Shown here: positions 13,516-25,057 of the stretch, one piece after another
Layout: each line of letters starts with the position of its first letter
Numbering within the stretch: the first letter of the stretch is position 1
Source: Tubulanus polymorphus
Taxonomy: Eukaryota; Animalia; Nemertea
DNA: 64,000 nt
NCBI RefSeq assembly: GCF_964204645.1
Contig: NC_134032.1
Span: forward strand, 1,116,001-1,180,000
Direction of reading: 5' to 3'
Made by a program: the position numbers and the translations under genes
The notes under the pieces: model-generated
What the model was told of the DNA's origin: nothing
The model's database searches: none
The model's input: only the letters and a program-made list of their open reading frames with translations

Positions 13516-14687
13516 CAGGGTCGTTATTGTGACTTTGAATATATTCTTCGCTTAGAAACCTTCCTCAGTCAGAGCTGTAAACCAGACATCTTCCAAACCA
13601 TACCCACCAGCTCCACTGGTTAATAGGTATACCCGCAATGTAGTTAGGGAATAACTGCGATCTGGTTGATGGCATCTTGGACTGGGTTTTCCCCTGCTGA
13701 ATCACTACTCCATGGGTTGGTTTTTAATGAAACTTCTCAGATCTGTTGCAGCTGTTGGTTTGTAGTTATTGGTCTGCGATTTGTCTTGGATTTTTGACAA
13801 CGATGGCTATACATGAGGCTATCTGATAAAGATCTGTAGAAACAGTTTATTTCCACGAAACTGTAAGGAAATAAACAATTTCTACATAATATCTAACTGC
13901 AGTGGGTTAATTCGTTAAATCTACCCTGAGATTTATATCAGTTCACTGCAGTCATGAGGCTATCTGCCTTTTTATAAATTCTGCTAGCTTCCTCGTTAAG
14001 ATGTTTAGGTCTTGTGTTGCGCAACGATTCTTAAACGTTCTTAAATTTGTGAAAGTAACTATCGCAATAATTGAGACTACTTTGCCTGATATTCAATTCT
14101 AGTTAAAGCTGGTCTTTAACATCGGAACTATGAGTTTTAGGTAAAACACTTAGTTAAGATTGCTATGCTTGTAGATACGATGATGAAATAATTATTATTA
14201 TGCGTTCATCGTTGAACCCGGGCCAAATTTCGCAAAGTTGAACGTGTTCAGACGTCTTCAAGACAAACAACATACGACATTCGCGTATCGCGATCTCGAC
14301 ATTCATTATACGGCGCGCACTATTTTCCCGCTCGCAGGTAGATACGGTTTCTGTCGTTTTTATGAAACCCGATGCACATGACGTCATTAGCTGCGCAATT
14401 ATACGCGCGGTTTGTTAAGAACGGCTGCAGTTGTGATATTCACTTGAAAACCGATGAACGTGAGAAAACATCCACCCGGGTCCGCTTTCACTACAAACAG
14501 TTCAACTTTATTTTTTGTTTTTAGTTGCTGTTTTTTAGTTCATGTTATCGACGAGGATGACAATTCGACCTAAAAACCGTTTTAGCCGAAATCTCTTCGC
14601 GAAGCCTGGTATCTGGGTTCGGTTTTGAAAGATCGTCCCTTAAACCAAGAACAGGTTTCCTGGGCCAGGTTTATATTTAATCCCCTG

Positions 14688-14905
14688 GACCCAGTTCCAC
14701 AGTCGTGGGTTAGAGTTAACTCTGGGTTAAAATTAGTTCATTTCCAACGATTTAACTCTGAGTCAAATCTTAACTCACAACTGTGGAACTGGGTTCTGGG
14801 GCCAGTTTTATAGACTGGTATTAATTAACCTGGGGGCTAAATCTATTCGTTTTCAATTTAGTTAGCCCCTGGGTCATAGTTAATACCAGTCTATAAAGCC
14901 AGCCC
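14688..14905. mobile_element. Two stacked CWG MITEs (family D 14688-14795; family E 14799-14905)
   Basis: CTG-[GACCCAGTTCCACAG...CTGTGGAACTGGGTT]-CTG-[GGGCCAGTTTTATAGACTGGTATTAA...TTAATACCAGTCTATAAAGCCAGCCC]-CTG. Confidence 0.82.
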
Positions 14906-16429
14906 CTGGTTTTATCGGGCAGTCTTAGTCCATAGTTAGAATTAAAACAATAGTCCAAGAACTATAACTATTTCATTTGACATTATTTTGGCCAGTGGAC
15001 ACTAAGTGGGCAAAAATCAACCAATATTGTCGAGAGACACACAATCTGTATTTGTATTTGGTAAATCTGGTATCTGATGATTTCAACCGCGTGACTAACC
15101 GCTTGGCGCGAAGCTCACGCGAAGTTTTTTGTAGCACTATCCGGATTGAGCCGATACCGGCACGGCTGATCGAATGTTAGTAGTGTAATGCGATTATCAG
15201 TCACTTTGTAACTCGACTAAATGTTGTAGATTAAAAAATGTGCCGATTTTCCTAGATTTTTTTCGAAAGGGTTCGAGCTGGTTGACGGAGAGATAAATCA
15301 GCCCGTCAACAAGTTGCTTTAACTAAGAAATCCATCCGTCAACCATGGTCATGTGTGATATACCTGGATTCCTCTACGGAATAAATCCCCCACACGCCCC
15401 GCCCTCCCCCTCCCGTGTGATATTGGTATTAAACAGGGAGAATGTTTATCGCCACTATTTTGACTATTCATGATAGATGATATGGAGAAGTGTGCTTAGT
15501 CCGGTTACTCTGGGCACACTTAATCTCTAAACCTGCCAGTTCTAAATACTACATGTATAGCTGAATACACTAGAGTGTATTTGTAATTATATTCGCAGTT
15601 TATGAATGCATTTCGATTTAGAGAAAGGAACACAGTGAGCAATGGTTAGTAAATTACATCTAACTTTCGACATTGGCCTTGCATCATCGCTCAGCATCGC
15701 AATTAAATACCAATCGATAAATGATTATCAGGAGTCAATTAATATTTATGAACAATTTATTGCAACAATCGCTTTTCGATTTTACGGACGCAAACGTGCC
15801 AGTTAGTATCCATGGCAACGCCGGTTGGAATTCCCTGTGACGTCATAAGATCTGATCGGCGATCGATTTCGAGAGAAATATGCTGAATAATTCAAGGCGT
15901 AGATTTTAATATCGGTGGTATAGTGATTATTACGGGCGTATCACTCGGAGTATATTCGATTGTGACCACTTAATCCGCCGGTTTCAGATGCTCCCGCGTT
16001 CAAGATTATATCGATCGTTTAAAATGTGATTGTTACCGCGGCGCAGACGAGACCACGCGATCATTTCACTCTTCCATTATCTAACCATGTACCGGTTACG
16101 TACGTTACATGTTTACACGCCGCGCTATATGTGAACACGCGCACGCGGCGTCCGTTATTGATTTTATCGAAGTTACCCGCCGATGGCAACTTCCGGTTCG
16201 AAATCAATTAGCGAAATTCAATCGGAAATGAAGACGAGCTCCACACGTTCAATGTCGTCTGTCATTTGTTAAATGAACGACAAAACAGCTTACGCCATAT
16301 ACGTATTATCAGCGCACCTTTCTGATCGCCGGAGCTTCCTGGTTTACTCTAGAAATGGTGAATGCCTTGAGGGGTCGATTCAGGCAGCATACTGATAAAA
16401 AATACCCATATATATAATGTTTAGAAAGG

Positions 16430-16450
16430 TTAATAATAATAATAATAATG

Positions 16451-16499
<49 letters not shown>

Positions 16500-16667
16500 T
16501 AATTATAATAATAATTTATTGCCGAAAATCCATATAAAATATGCTCTATGGCTAACAAAATTTAAGAGTTGATACATAGATGACATTAAGACTAAGTATA
16601 CAAAGATACGTCTTAAGTTGAGATTTAAAAGAATCTAGACCTGGATTAAAATGTAAATATGGTGGCA

Positions 16668-16668
<1 letters not shown>
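16430..16668 (-). mobile_element. L2/CR1-like LINE 3' end with (ATT)n tail
   Basis: Minus-strand LPPYLHFNPGLDSFKSQLKTYL resembles the LINE ORF2 C-terminal LP...FK..LK motif; 3' UTR shared with about 41524-41575 (+). Confidence 0.65.
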
Positions 16669-16738
<70 letters not shown>

Positions 16739-17078
16739 AATATGTTTTCTGTCGAGTCGACGTTAGTTAACCCCGTTGCTTAGATCATCCAATAGGGGGC
16801 GGGTTTGAACGATTGTCACGCGCCCCCTATGGAAACATGACATGATATCGGTGGAGGGAGAGGGAGGGCACATCTGATTCTACGTCAGCGGAGGTTCTGC
16901 ACTTAGCTGTCACCATTAGAATTTGTGATATACAGTTGTTCCGAGCTGGTTTACAACACGTTCCTAATTAGCGCTTGGTGTCACTTGCGTTAATTCAGCC
17001 ATCTGGTGTGTGTTGTCTTGAACAACAAGGTCTGGTGCGTTGAATATCAATCAGCAAATTGAATGTTATAATATATGT

Positions 17079-17901
17079 ATAGACCATGTTTTACAGTGAT
17101 ATAGTGTTGTGGTGTCACGTGTAAGTTGTGTATTCAGACCAGGGGCCTGTTGCACAGTCGTGACTTAAGTCCAAAAGTGGTCTTAAATCTTAAGACTGGT
17201 CTTAAGTTGTTAGATTGGCTATAGAACTAAGTTGGTCTTAGACTGGTCTTAAGTTGTTAGATTGGCTATAGAACCAAAATGAGCTTAGACTGGTTTTAAG
17301 TTATTAGATTGGTTATAGAACCAAAATGAGCTTAGACTGGTCTTAAGTTGTTATATTGGCTATAGAACTTTGGTCTTAGACTGGTCTTAAGTCTAAGCCA
17401 TGACTATGCAACAGGCCCCAGGGACGTAACCTGTTCAGACATAAAAACAGAGATGCCCGAAATCAAATCGCCAATAATGTATACCGGTATGTAAATACTA
17501 TAGACCATGTTTTACGATACAGTGGTGTGGTGTCACGTGTAAGTTGTGTATTCAGACCAGGGTCCAGTTTCACGAAAAAGTTTAAGCCTAAAACGGTTAA
17601 GTTTGAATTATTGTCCTCATTGAAAACATGAAGTAACCAATGGCAATTACACCAAAAATTTGAGTTTAACTTTTTCGTGAAACCGGGCCCTGGGGCCTGT
17701 TGCACAGTCGTGACTTAAGTCCAAAAGTAGTCTTAAATCTTAAGACTGGTCTTAAGTTGTTAGATTGGCTATAGAACTAAGTTTGTCTTAGACTGGTCTT
17801 ATATCTAAGCCATGACTATGCAACCGGCCCCAGGGACGTAACCTGTTCAGACATAAAAACAGAGATGCCCGAAATCAAATCGTCAATAATGTAGACCGGT
17901 A
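17079..17901. repeat. Tandem duplication carrying MITE C in both units and MITE B only in the second
   Basis: Units at about 17079-17489 and 17500-17901 share both unique flanks; the first MITE C has an internal ~44-bp expansion. Confidence 0.88.
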
Positions 17902-18195
17902 CGGCTTGTATCGTCGCCTTTGCCGGACTCGATCGCGGTTCAGTAGCCCGGCGAACCAATAGCCGCGATATAGCGTTACCAAGTCAACGGCTATATCGGC
18001 TACGGTTAGGAAGATAAACGAGCTGGTAGTGTTCGTATACAGTGATAAACCGACTCACACAATGACAAAGTAAGACAAATTTCGCGGCACATTGAGGGTA
18101 ATAAAACCGACAATATACTGTACCCGGGAGATTGTTAGCGATTCTGATTTATACTAGTATGACCAAAACATAGCTACTAGCTCCGCGGAGTTGAT

Positions 18196-18687
18196 GGAGA
18201 GGGAGAGAGAGATGGGAGGTAGTGAGAGGTGGAGGTAGGGAGGGAGAGAGAGCGAGGGAGAGAGGAAGAGAGAGAAGGAGAGAGAGAGAGGGAGAGAGAG
18301 AGAGAAGGAGAGAGAGAGAGGGAGAGAGAGATGGGAGGTAGTGAGAGATGGAGGTAGGGAGGGAGAGAGAGTGAGGGAGAGAGGAAGAGAGAGAAGGAGA
18401 GAGAGAGAGGGAGGGAGAGATGGGAGGTAGTCAGAGATGGAGGTAGGGAGCGAGCGAGGGAGGGAGAGAGAGAGAGAGAGAGGGAGAGGGAGAGGGAGAG
18501 AGAGAAGGAGAGAGAGAGAGAGAGGGAGAGAGAGATGGGAGGTAGTCAGAGAGGGAGGTAGGGAGCGAGCGAGGGAGAGAGAGAGAGAGAGGGAGAGGGA
18601 GAGGGAGAGAGAGAAGGAGAGAGAGAGAGAGAGGGAGAGAGAGATGGGAGGTAGTGAGAGATGGAGGTAGGGAGCGAGTGAGGGAGA
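18196..18687. repeat. GA-rich compound repeat
   Basis: Polypurine tract with recurring GATGGGAGGTAGT unit. Confidence 0.92.
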
Positions 18688-19449
18688 TATTCGCTTTCAA
18701 GTAGGCTGATTGGTGGCCATATTGGATTCTAAAAACGTTACCATTCTGCAGGGTGCAGGTTTTCACACATGACGCAAATAGTCTAAACCCTTTTCGATTG
18801 TTGTGTTATTCGATGATTAAAAATGGCTGACTAGTGGCCATATTGGATTCTCACAATGTTTCAGCCAAACACGTTGAATATTTTTGAAGTAGAAATGTTA
18901 TTTTATATTCATTCGTTCAAGTTGTATGCAATGCGGCTAATGATACATATTTCATTTTGGTCGTACCGGTAGTTGCGGTACTTACATTGCAGACTGGCGG
19001 CCATATTGGATTGTCGAAATACTTCGTTCCAGTCCTGCATGATACCACATTCATATTTACATCCAACATGTACGTTATTCTATGATTAGTCGACGTATCG
19101 ATGTTGGTCGAAGTTGTATTCAAAATGGCCGACGGTTGTATCAAATAATAGCTTGTTCTGGGGGCAGTTTAATAAGCCATTGCCATGTTCGTCAAAGGTG
19201 AATTTTATCTGTCTATTTAAAAAAAAATAATTTCATAGGTCGATGGTAATTGCTGGCGTAGCTCTGGTTTCTATACTGCTACCCATATAAACATCATATC
19301 GCGCTAAACTGGCAGAAACATCGCTTCGTTAACCCATAGTTTCCGCTGGTATTTCGCCCGACTCGTATTAAGATCGAATCGAGTCGTTCTCGTAATTTAT
19401 CGACTGTTTATCACGCCCTCTGGCGGTATATAGTCGTTCTCGTAATTTA

Positions 19450-19843
19450 AGATAAGATAAGATAAGATAATTTATTACTCTCCAACCATTTCCATGGTGC
19501 GTGGAGGAAAAAAAAGATTTTGTTTACAAATATTTACATATCGAGAGAAAAATTAAAAATATTTTAAAAACGTAACAAGAGTATTTACAATATATACAAA
19601 TACAGTGTACTATTTACAATTGACAGACTACAGGAGGGATCTATATACATCTAAACCATCTTTTATAAATTGTGCTAATTGAAAATTTGGAGTTTTTAAT
19701 ATATCAAAGTTTCTAAATGTTTCTAAATTCGGAATGGCATTGCGAAGTTCGGTAAGAATCTTACAATCAAAGAGAAAATGTAATTCATCCCCAAAAACAT
19801 TGCAGATTGGGCACATTCTTTCGTTTCTAGGTAGATGGAGATT
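19450..19843 (-). mobile_element. 5'-truncated non-LTR retrotransposon (C-terminal CCHC knuckle, 3' UTR, (TTATC)n tail)
   Basis: PRNERMCPICNVFGDELHFLFDC on the minus strand; tail AGATAAGATAAGATAA; TSD TAATTTA at 19443-19449 and 19844-19850. Confidence 0.85.
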
Positions 19844-22800
19844 TAATTTATCGACTGTTTATCACGCCCTCTGGCGGTATATAGCTGGCTCCGCGAGAAC
19901 GGCAATTTCGGCCGCAATTCCAACTTGTGTTGTTGAAGGTCTATTTATGTCAAGTAGTTGTGAATTCTGTCCGTCATATATCTGAAAGTATTGACTCTGG
20001 CTGCGATAACGTTATCGATCGCGGAGAAAAAGCTACTTGAGTTGCGATTCACGCGCGTCTGTCATATGTAGGCAGTTGAGAATATTAGCACTTGGTATTT
20101 CGATCGCTACTCTAGGTAACGTTATATCATAACATATATATATATAACACGCGTATCTACCTTATTTAAGGCCCCGTGCCACCAGCTACCCCCATCTTTA
20201 AAAAATTGGACATGAGCACCATGTATCTAGATGAACTAAGATTTATCGTTTAAGATCCTTTTTATGGAATGTTTAAGCAAAATAGTTTGATAGATAACCT
20301 CATCTGAGGTTTAGTTAGAAAAACCAAGTTAAAACTAAACCTCATCTGAGGTTCCTTTCGGAGGAACAACAAATACCATAATCAAATAAATAAATGAAAA
20401 TACAAAAAAGAGGTTTAGTTTTAACCTCGGAACTGCGAGGAAATAAACAATTTTTCTACAAATCTAATTGTGGGTCTAATTGTGGAGATTTATATCCGTT
20501 CACTGCAGTCATAGTTTGATAGAGTTTATTGAAGTTGTGAAGAAATCCAGCGTTGACATCTCATCGATGCTAATCGCTTGGTGGATCCTCGATGTCTTAA
20601 AACAGACTCTAGCGCGCCTAGTGGGTCCTCACTTGCCAGAACGGATTGGCCTGGGTCGCGACAGGTTCCTGAATACTTATTGACGGTCTTTCTTGTGAAA
20701 TTCGAAACAAACAGTAATATTTACTCGTTGAAGCTGATTGGAAATTGGAGCCACTGGCTGTCATCGATTTTATCGACCTTCGCCACGATATGCACCAATA
20801 TAGTGTCGTCTATTTTCATTCGTGATGAGTTGAAAAGCTTGTTCTTTTTTCTGTCTGAACATCATCTTCACACGTTCGTTCAATAGACGCTCTAGATCGC
20901 AGTGTCCAAATTGAGTATATATTCGCCGGAAAAAAATACTCAACTTAACCAAGTTCTTCCGTCAGAACGCCGCAATCGTTTGAGAAAAAAAGCGTAAAAG
21001 CCTTTTAATAGATGTTTTCTGTGTATAAGATATTATGGATTCTTCGCCAAACTCTGTGTACACCTAATGTTGACTGGCGCCTAGTGAAGTAGTATAGCCG
21101 CACTCGTCTCTCCCGGGACATATCCTGAATTCATATGAAATTCTAGCGCTGATTTCTATAAATAGACGAGATATTGTTAATTTGAATAATTCATATGATG
21201 TGTTCCGGTGGAGAGTGCGATGAGGGGGCGCGTGGTGAGTTTATAGTGTCGTCAGATGAGTGACGTCTCTAGTGTTCAAGATGACACGGGCAATCAGCCG
21301 AGTTGTGCCACGGTGTGACGAACTGAATACAAGATAACGGACTCCTAGAACAGTTTGAGGGCTCCGGTAAAGTGTTAGTCAGTGTGCACGCTACCAAACG
21401 GGTGGAAAACGCCCCTACACTGTCTATACTGCCAGCGCGGCCCGTCTCCATTCGAGTATGCCTGTATTTATTCATATTTTCATCCATATTTCAAGGAATA
21501 GGGTACCCGCAATACCAGCTATCCCGCCAGATGGCGTGACGAGCAGTAGGTTGTCCTGCATGTACCATGGAAATGGTTGGATTGTAAATAAAATCGTAAT
21601 CGTAATCGTAATCGTGTTTGGCGGCTACGAGTCCACAGCGAACTGAGCGTAGCGTTTCTAAGCGTCCGTTGTCAAAATTAGTTCATTTTCAATTTTCTTG
21701 AACTGGATGATGTTGAGACCCCTCAATCCATATGTTATCACATAACCAAACAGAATATATTTTACTTTCATTCTTCTACTCAGATCGGTTTAGTTTTCAT
21801 TAAGAATTGTTTCATTTAAGAGAAAAGTTCGTTTAGATTTAATTAAAATGTAGGAGAAATCGAACGCAGACGACCGACCATCTACTAGCGACACCTGGCG
21901 GATCCTCGCCTGCCATAAGTGGAATCCTCGATTGCCACAGTAGCACTGCGGGTACCCCATAGATATCAAAATGTAATAACGGTTGCAGATTCAATCTCGA
22001 TATAGGTTTTTTTCGTATTACGGTCGGTTGGCTTCCGCGCATGAATAACGAGGCTGACACGAACCGATCAGACGTGTCTCTGGGGTGATTTCCGATTGTT
22101 GGCGTCGCGGTAATGACTGGAATTAAAGCGACGTTGCTAATCTGATAAAACCGCGACAGATGAAAATAGATTAGCGGTGTAATATTTATTAATCGTGTTA
22201 AGTGGGCTCGGGGAATCCAGCGAAACCGACGCCGCGTCACAACCAGTTTATTAAACGTCCTAACGATACGCAAGACCATCGATCGGATCGCCCGCAAATT
22301 CGCTCGTCTGCCCGCACTCGGCGAATTTCGTCGAGCGATCCATTTTTATCAACCGATAGGATGCATTGTTGATATCATGTGATTCGTTAACTCTCTCCCT
22401 CTTAGTGCCAGTCGCTGTCCGAATTTCGCTACGTGTGCCCGCTCGTATCGGGCGTATAATTTCGTCGGCGAATTCGCTGGCGAATTAAATCGTCGCGATC
22501 GGGCGAAAAAATACGCTCGTGTGTCCCTAGCTTTAGCCTGCAGCAAGATTGAAAGCTCTTGTTTTCACACTTCTCGCCTTATTGCGCGCGGATACGTACG
22601 TCCTTGACCCCGTTGTATCGAAATACCAATCGATACACATCGCATCCGTTAACGGTTGTGGTCACGTGGTTAATTTGGGGACGCACGCTCCACTTTGATA
22701 CCGGCATATTATGTACATACAGTGTCAATGCAAATACTACGTATAATATATCTAATAATTATGTCGTATTCACGTGAGACCAGCTGTTCGCATACGAGTT

Positions 22801-23036
22801 TTAACGTGTAACCGCTAGTTCCAGGCGCTATACACCATAAACTAGGGGTCCAGGGAGAGCGTGCCTACTTGTGAAGTCGATTTCCAATATTCAACACCCC
22901 CTGCTGAACACAAATGGAAGCCAATGTCATTGATACTCGCCACATCCGTGGAAAATGTCACTAGCTACAATTTGATTGTGGTAACAAAGTATGCCTTGGT
23001 ACCGATACAAAGTGAAAATACTATGTTTTCGGCTCC

Positions 23037-23052
23037 ACGCCCCCTAGTGGTC
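23037..23052 (-). promoter_or_regulatory. CTCF-like motif
   Basis: GACCACTAGGGGGCGT on the minus strand, close to the CTCF core consensus. Confidence 0.4.
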
Positions 23053-23194
23053 ATATACAAAATCCAATGACCTTGTAACTCACCCGAACATAGAACATGT
23101 CACGAGCTACAACTTTACAATTGATTGTGGTTACAAAAAAAAATCCACAGGTACTAACTAATATGATATAGAAACAAACATATATGAGAGATCG

Positions 23195-23476
23195 ATATAA
23201 TTGATTTAAGTAGCTTCAAAATTCCCCTCGAAAACCTTTGTAAAAAATGCTGATTTCGTCGAACAACAATGGCCGCCAGTCGGCCATCTTGATGGCCGCC
23301 AGTCGGCCATCTTGATTCTGACCGGAACAGTTTTTGGGCTGACGATGTGTCTAGGGTAGATACATGTATAAACCAAATAATCAAGACATTACATTGAAGC
23401 GCCTTTAAATTTCCCAAAATAATTGGATTCCAGTGAACGCAATCGCCCGCTGGGACTAAAGTCCCGAGTGGGCGAA
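23195..23476. mobile_element. Interspersed repeat ending in a GC-rich hairpin (Helitron/Helentron-like)
   Basis: Inverted homologue at about 56965-57185; terminal stem TCGCCCGCTGGGACT-AA-AGTCCCGAGTGGGCGA; GGCGGCCATMTTG motifs also at 18700-19140. Confidence 0.5.
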
Positions 23477-24024
23477 CAATGACCGCCTTCTAAATGACAT
23501 CGTCAAATTGCCCAACAGGGACTCGACCCTTCCATAAAAAGTATCGATACATCAAATTCTATATCATCGGATTGCAAACTAGTGTGATTAATTTCCTAAT
23601 GGCACACAGGGTCAGATCGATCACCAGTATCGATGTGGGGATTCGGGAACGGACGCAGGATCGCTATAGAATGCACGGCGCAATCACGAGAAACGTATCA
23701 TACGTAATTTATATTTATTACTCGATTCTCTCTCAACGCAGGGAAGAAATCACACACCAACTTTGATTATGATTTTTGAATGTCCGTCACCGAAAATCCT
23801 CGGCCCTTTCATCCACCCATGTAGGTTTTTAAAGTAGTAGTAGTTTATTCTTGATCAAAGTGTGTACTACACTTGTTTAACAGATAATCGAAATTACAAA
23901 TCTTGACGAAATAATAATTTAATACAAAATAACGTGTTGAAAAAAAAACAGAAATAATATCGAGTTGATGGGGTAGCTATATTTACTCGGTTTCGTGTCG
24001 GCTCGAAGCATTCTCCGTCTTCTG

Positions 24025-24132
24025 GGCCCAGTTCCATAGTTGTGAGTTAGAGTTAACTCTGAGTTAAAATTAGTTCATTTTCAATGAATTAACTCCGAGT
24101 CAAATCATAACTCAGAACTGTGGAACTGGGCC
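24025..24132. mobile_element. CWG MITE family D
   Basis: GGCCCAGTTCCATAGTT...AACTGTGGAACTGGGCC, TSD CTG; homologous to 14688-14795. Confidence 0.85.
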
Positions 24133-25029
24133 CTGAACATCGAAATCAAATATCTTCCAACAGATCTACGTTTTGCGATTGAATTAGTAGTTAGAAGAAG
24201 TTGAATAAATTTTGCCGTGCTAGAATAACGAGGTAGGAGATTACTCCGAAGCACGTACATATCGCACTGGTCGATTAACGATGGCGTGGAATTCATTTTT
24301 TATCAAATTACGCTGGAACACTTTGTTTGTTTGTGCCGCATATATATTTTAGGTTAATAGTGTTGCGTAATAAGCTGTGTATAGCATATACACACATTAG
24401 AGACCTAACTGCCATCAACATGCGTTTAACGCAATTATCCGATTAATATTGCGAACAATATCCAGACTATCGTGTCCTGGCCGTTACCGCGTTCTCTGCT
24501 CCGACTGTGACGTCAGAGGCCATTTTGTACCCGCGGGGTATCGGTTTAACTTGAACCAAGATTTATATTATGCAACTTAAACCGGTTCATTATTGTCGGT
24601 TTAATGTTTGTAGATCGGTTTTAACTTAAGCCCTCGTGTTTATCGATTGAGGAGGTTGCGGCGAAATTACGCGCACTCGCCGGGGTTCGAACCCGGGTCT
24701 CGTGCGAAATGAAAGCGATGTCGCAATTTATACACTGATACTAGTATAGCGGTTGCATAATAATTTGCATATCGTCTGGTAATTTGAATTCTATTCTATT
24801 ACTAATAACTTAATTGACCAGTTTTAACTGAATCAAACTAAGTAATCTATCGACGAAAATGCGCCGAAGCGAGCTTTATGGTAAATACATCGCGACCGGC
24901 TGACGACGAGGGCTAACCGAGCCTTCGGTACCCTCAGCCGGCGCACGCCTCGATGACAATATCACGCGCGTATCAAACCGGACCGCATCGCTCAGACGAA
25001 ACGCCGGTGATGTTACGGTCCCGTTTGCT

Positions 25030-25057
25030 GCCCTATATAGGGCGCAGGTGCACCTGC
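25030..25057. promoter_or_regulatory. CArG box plus inverted E-box pair upstream of exon 1b
   Basis: GCCCTATATAGGGC (CC[A/T]6GG at 25032-25041) directly followed by GCAGGTGCACCTGC (CAGGTG + CACCTG), at the start of a CpG-rich, repeat-poor stretch. Confidence 0.45.

Noticed and set aside
14321-14343. Further AG|GT juxtapositions at 14337 (GTAGAT), 14140, 19830, 30209 and 61741
   Set aside because: Weak donors or short pyrimidine tracts, and 19830 lies inside a LINE; not distinguishable from chance. I found no convincing ratchet site between exons 1a and 1b.
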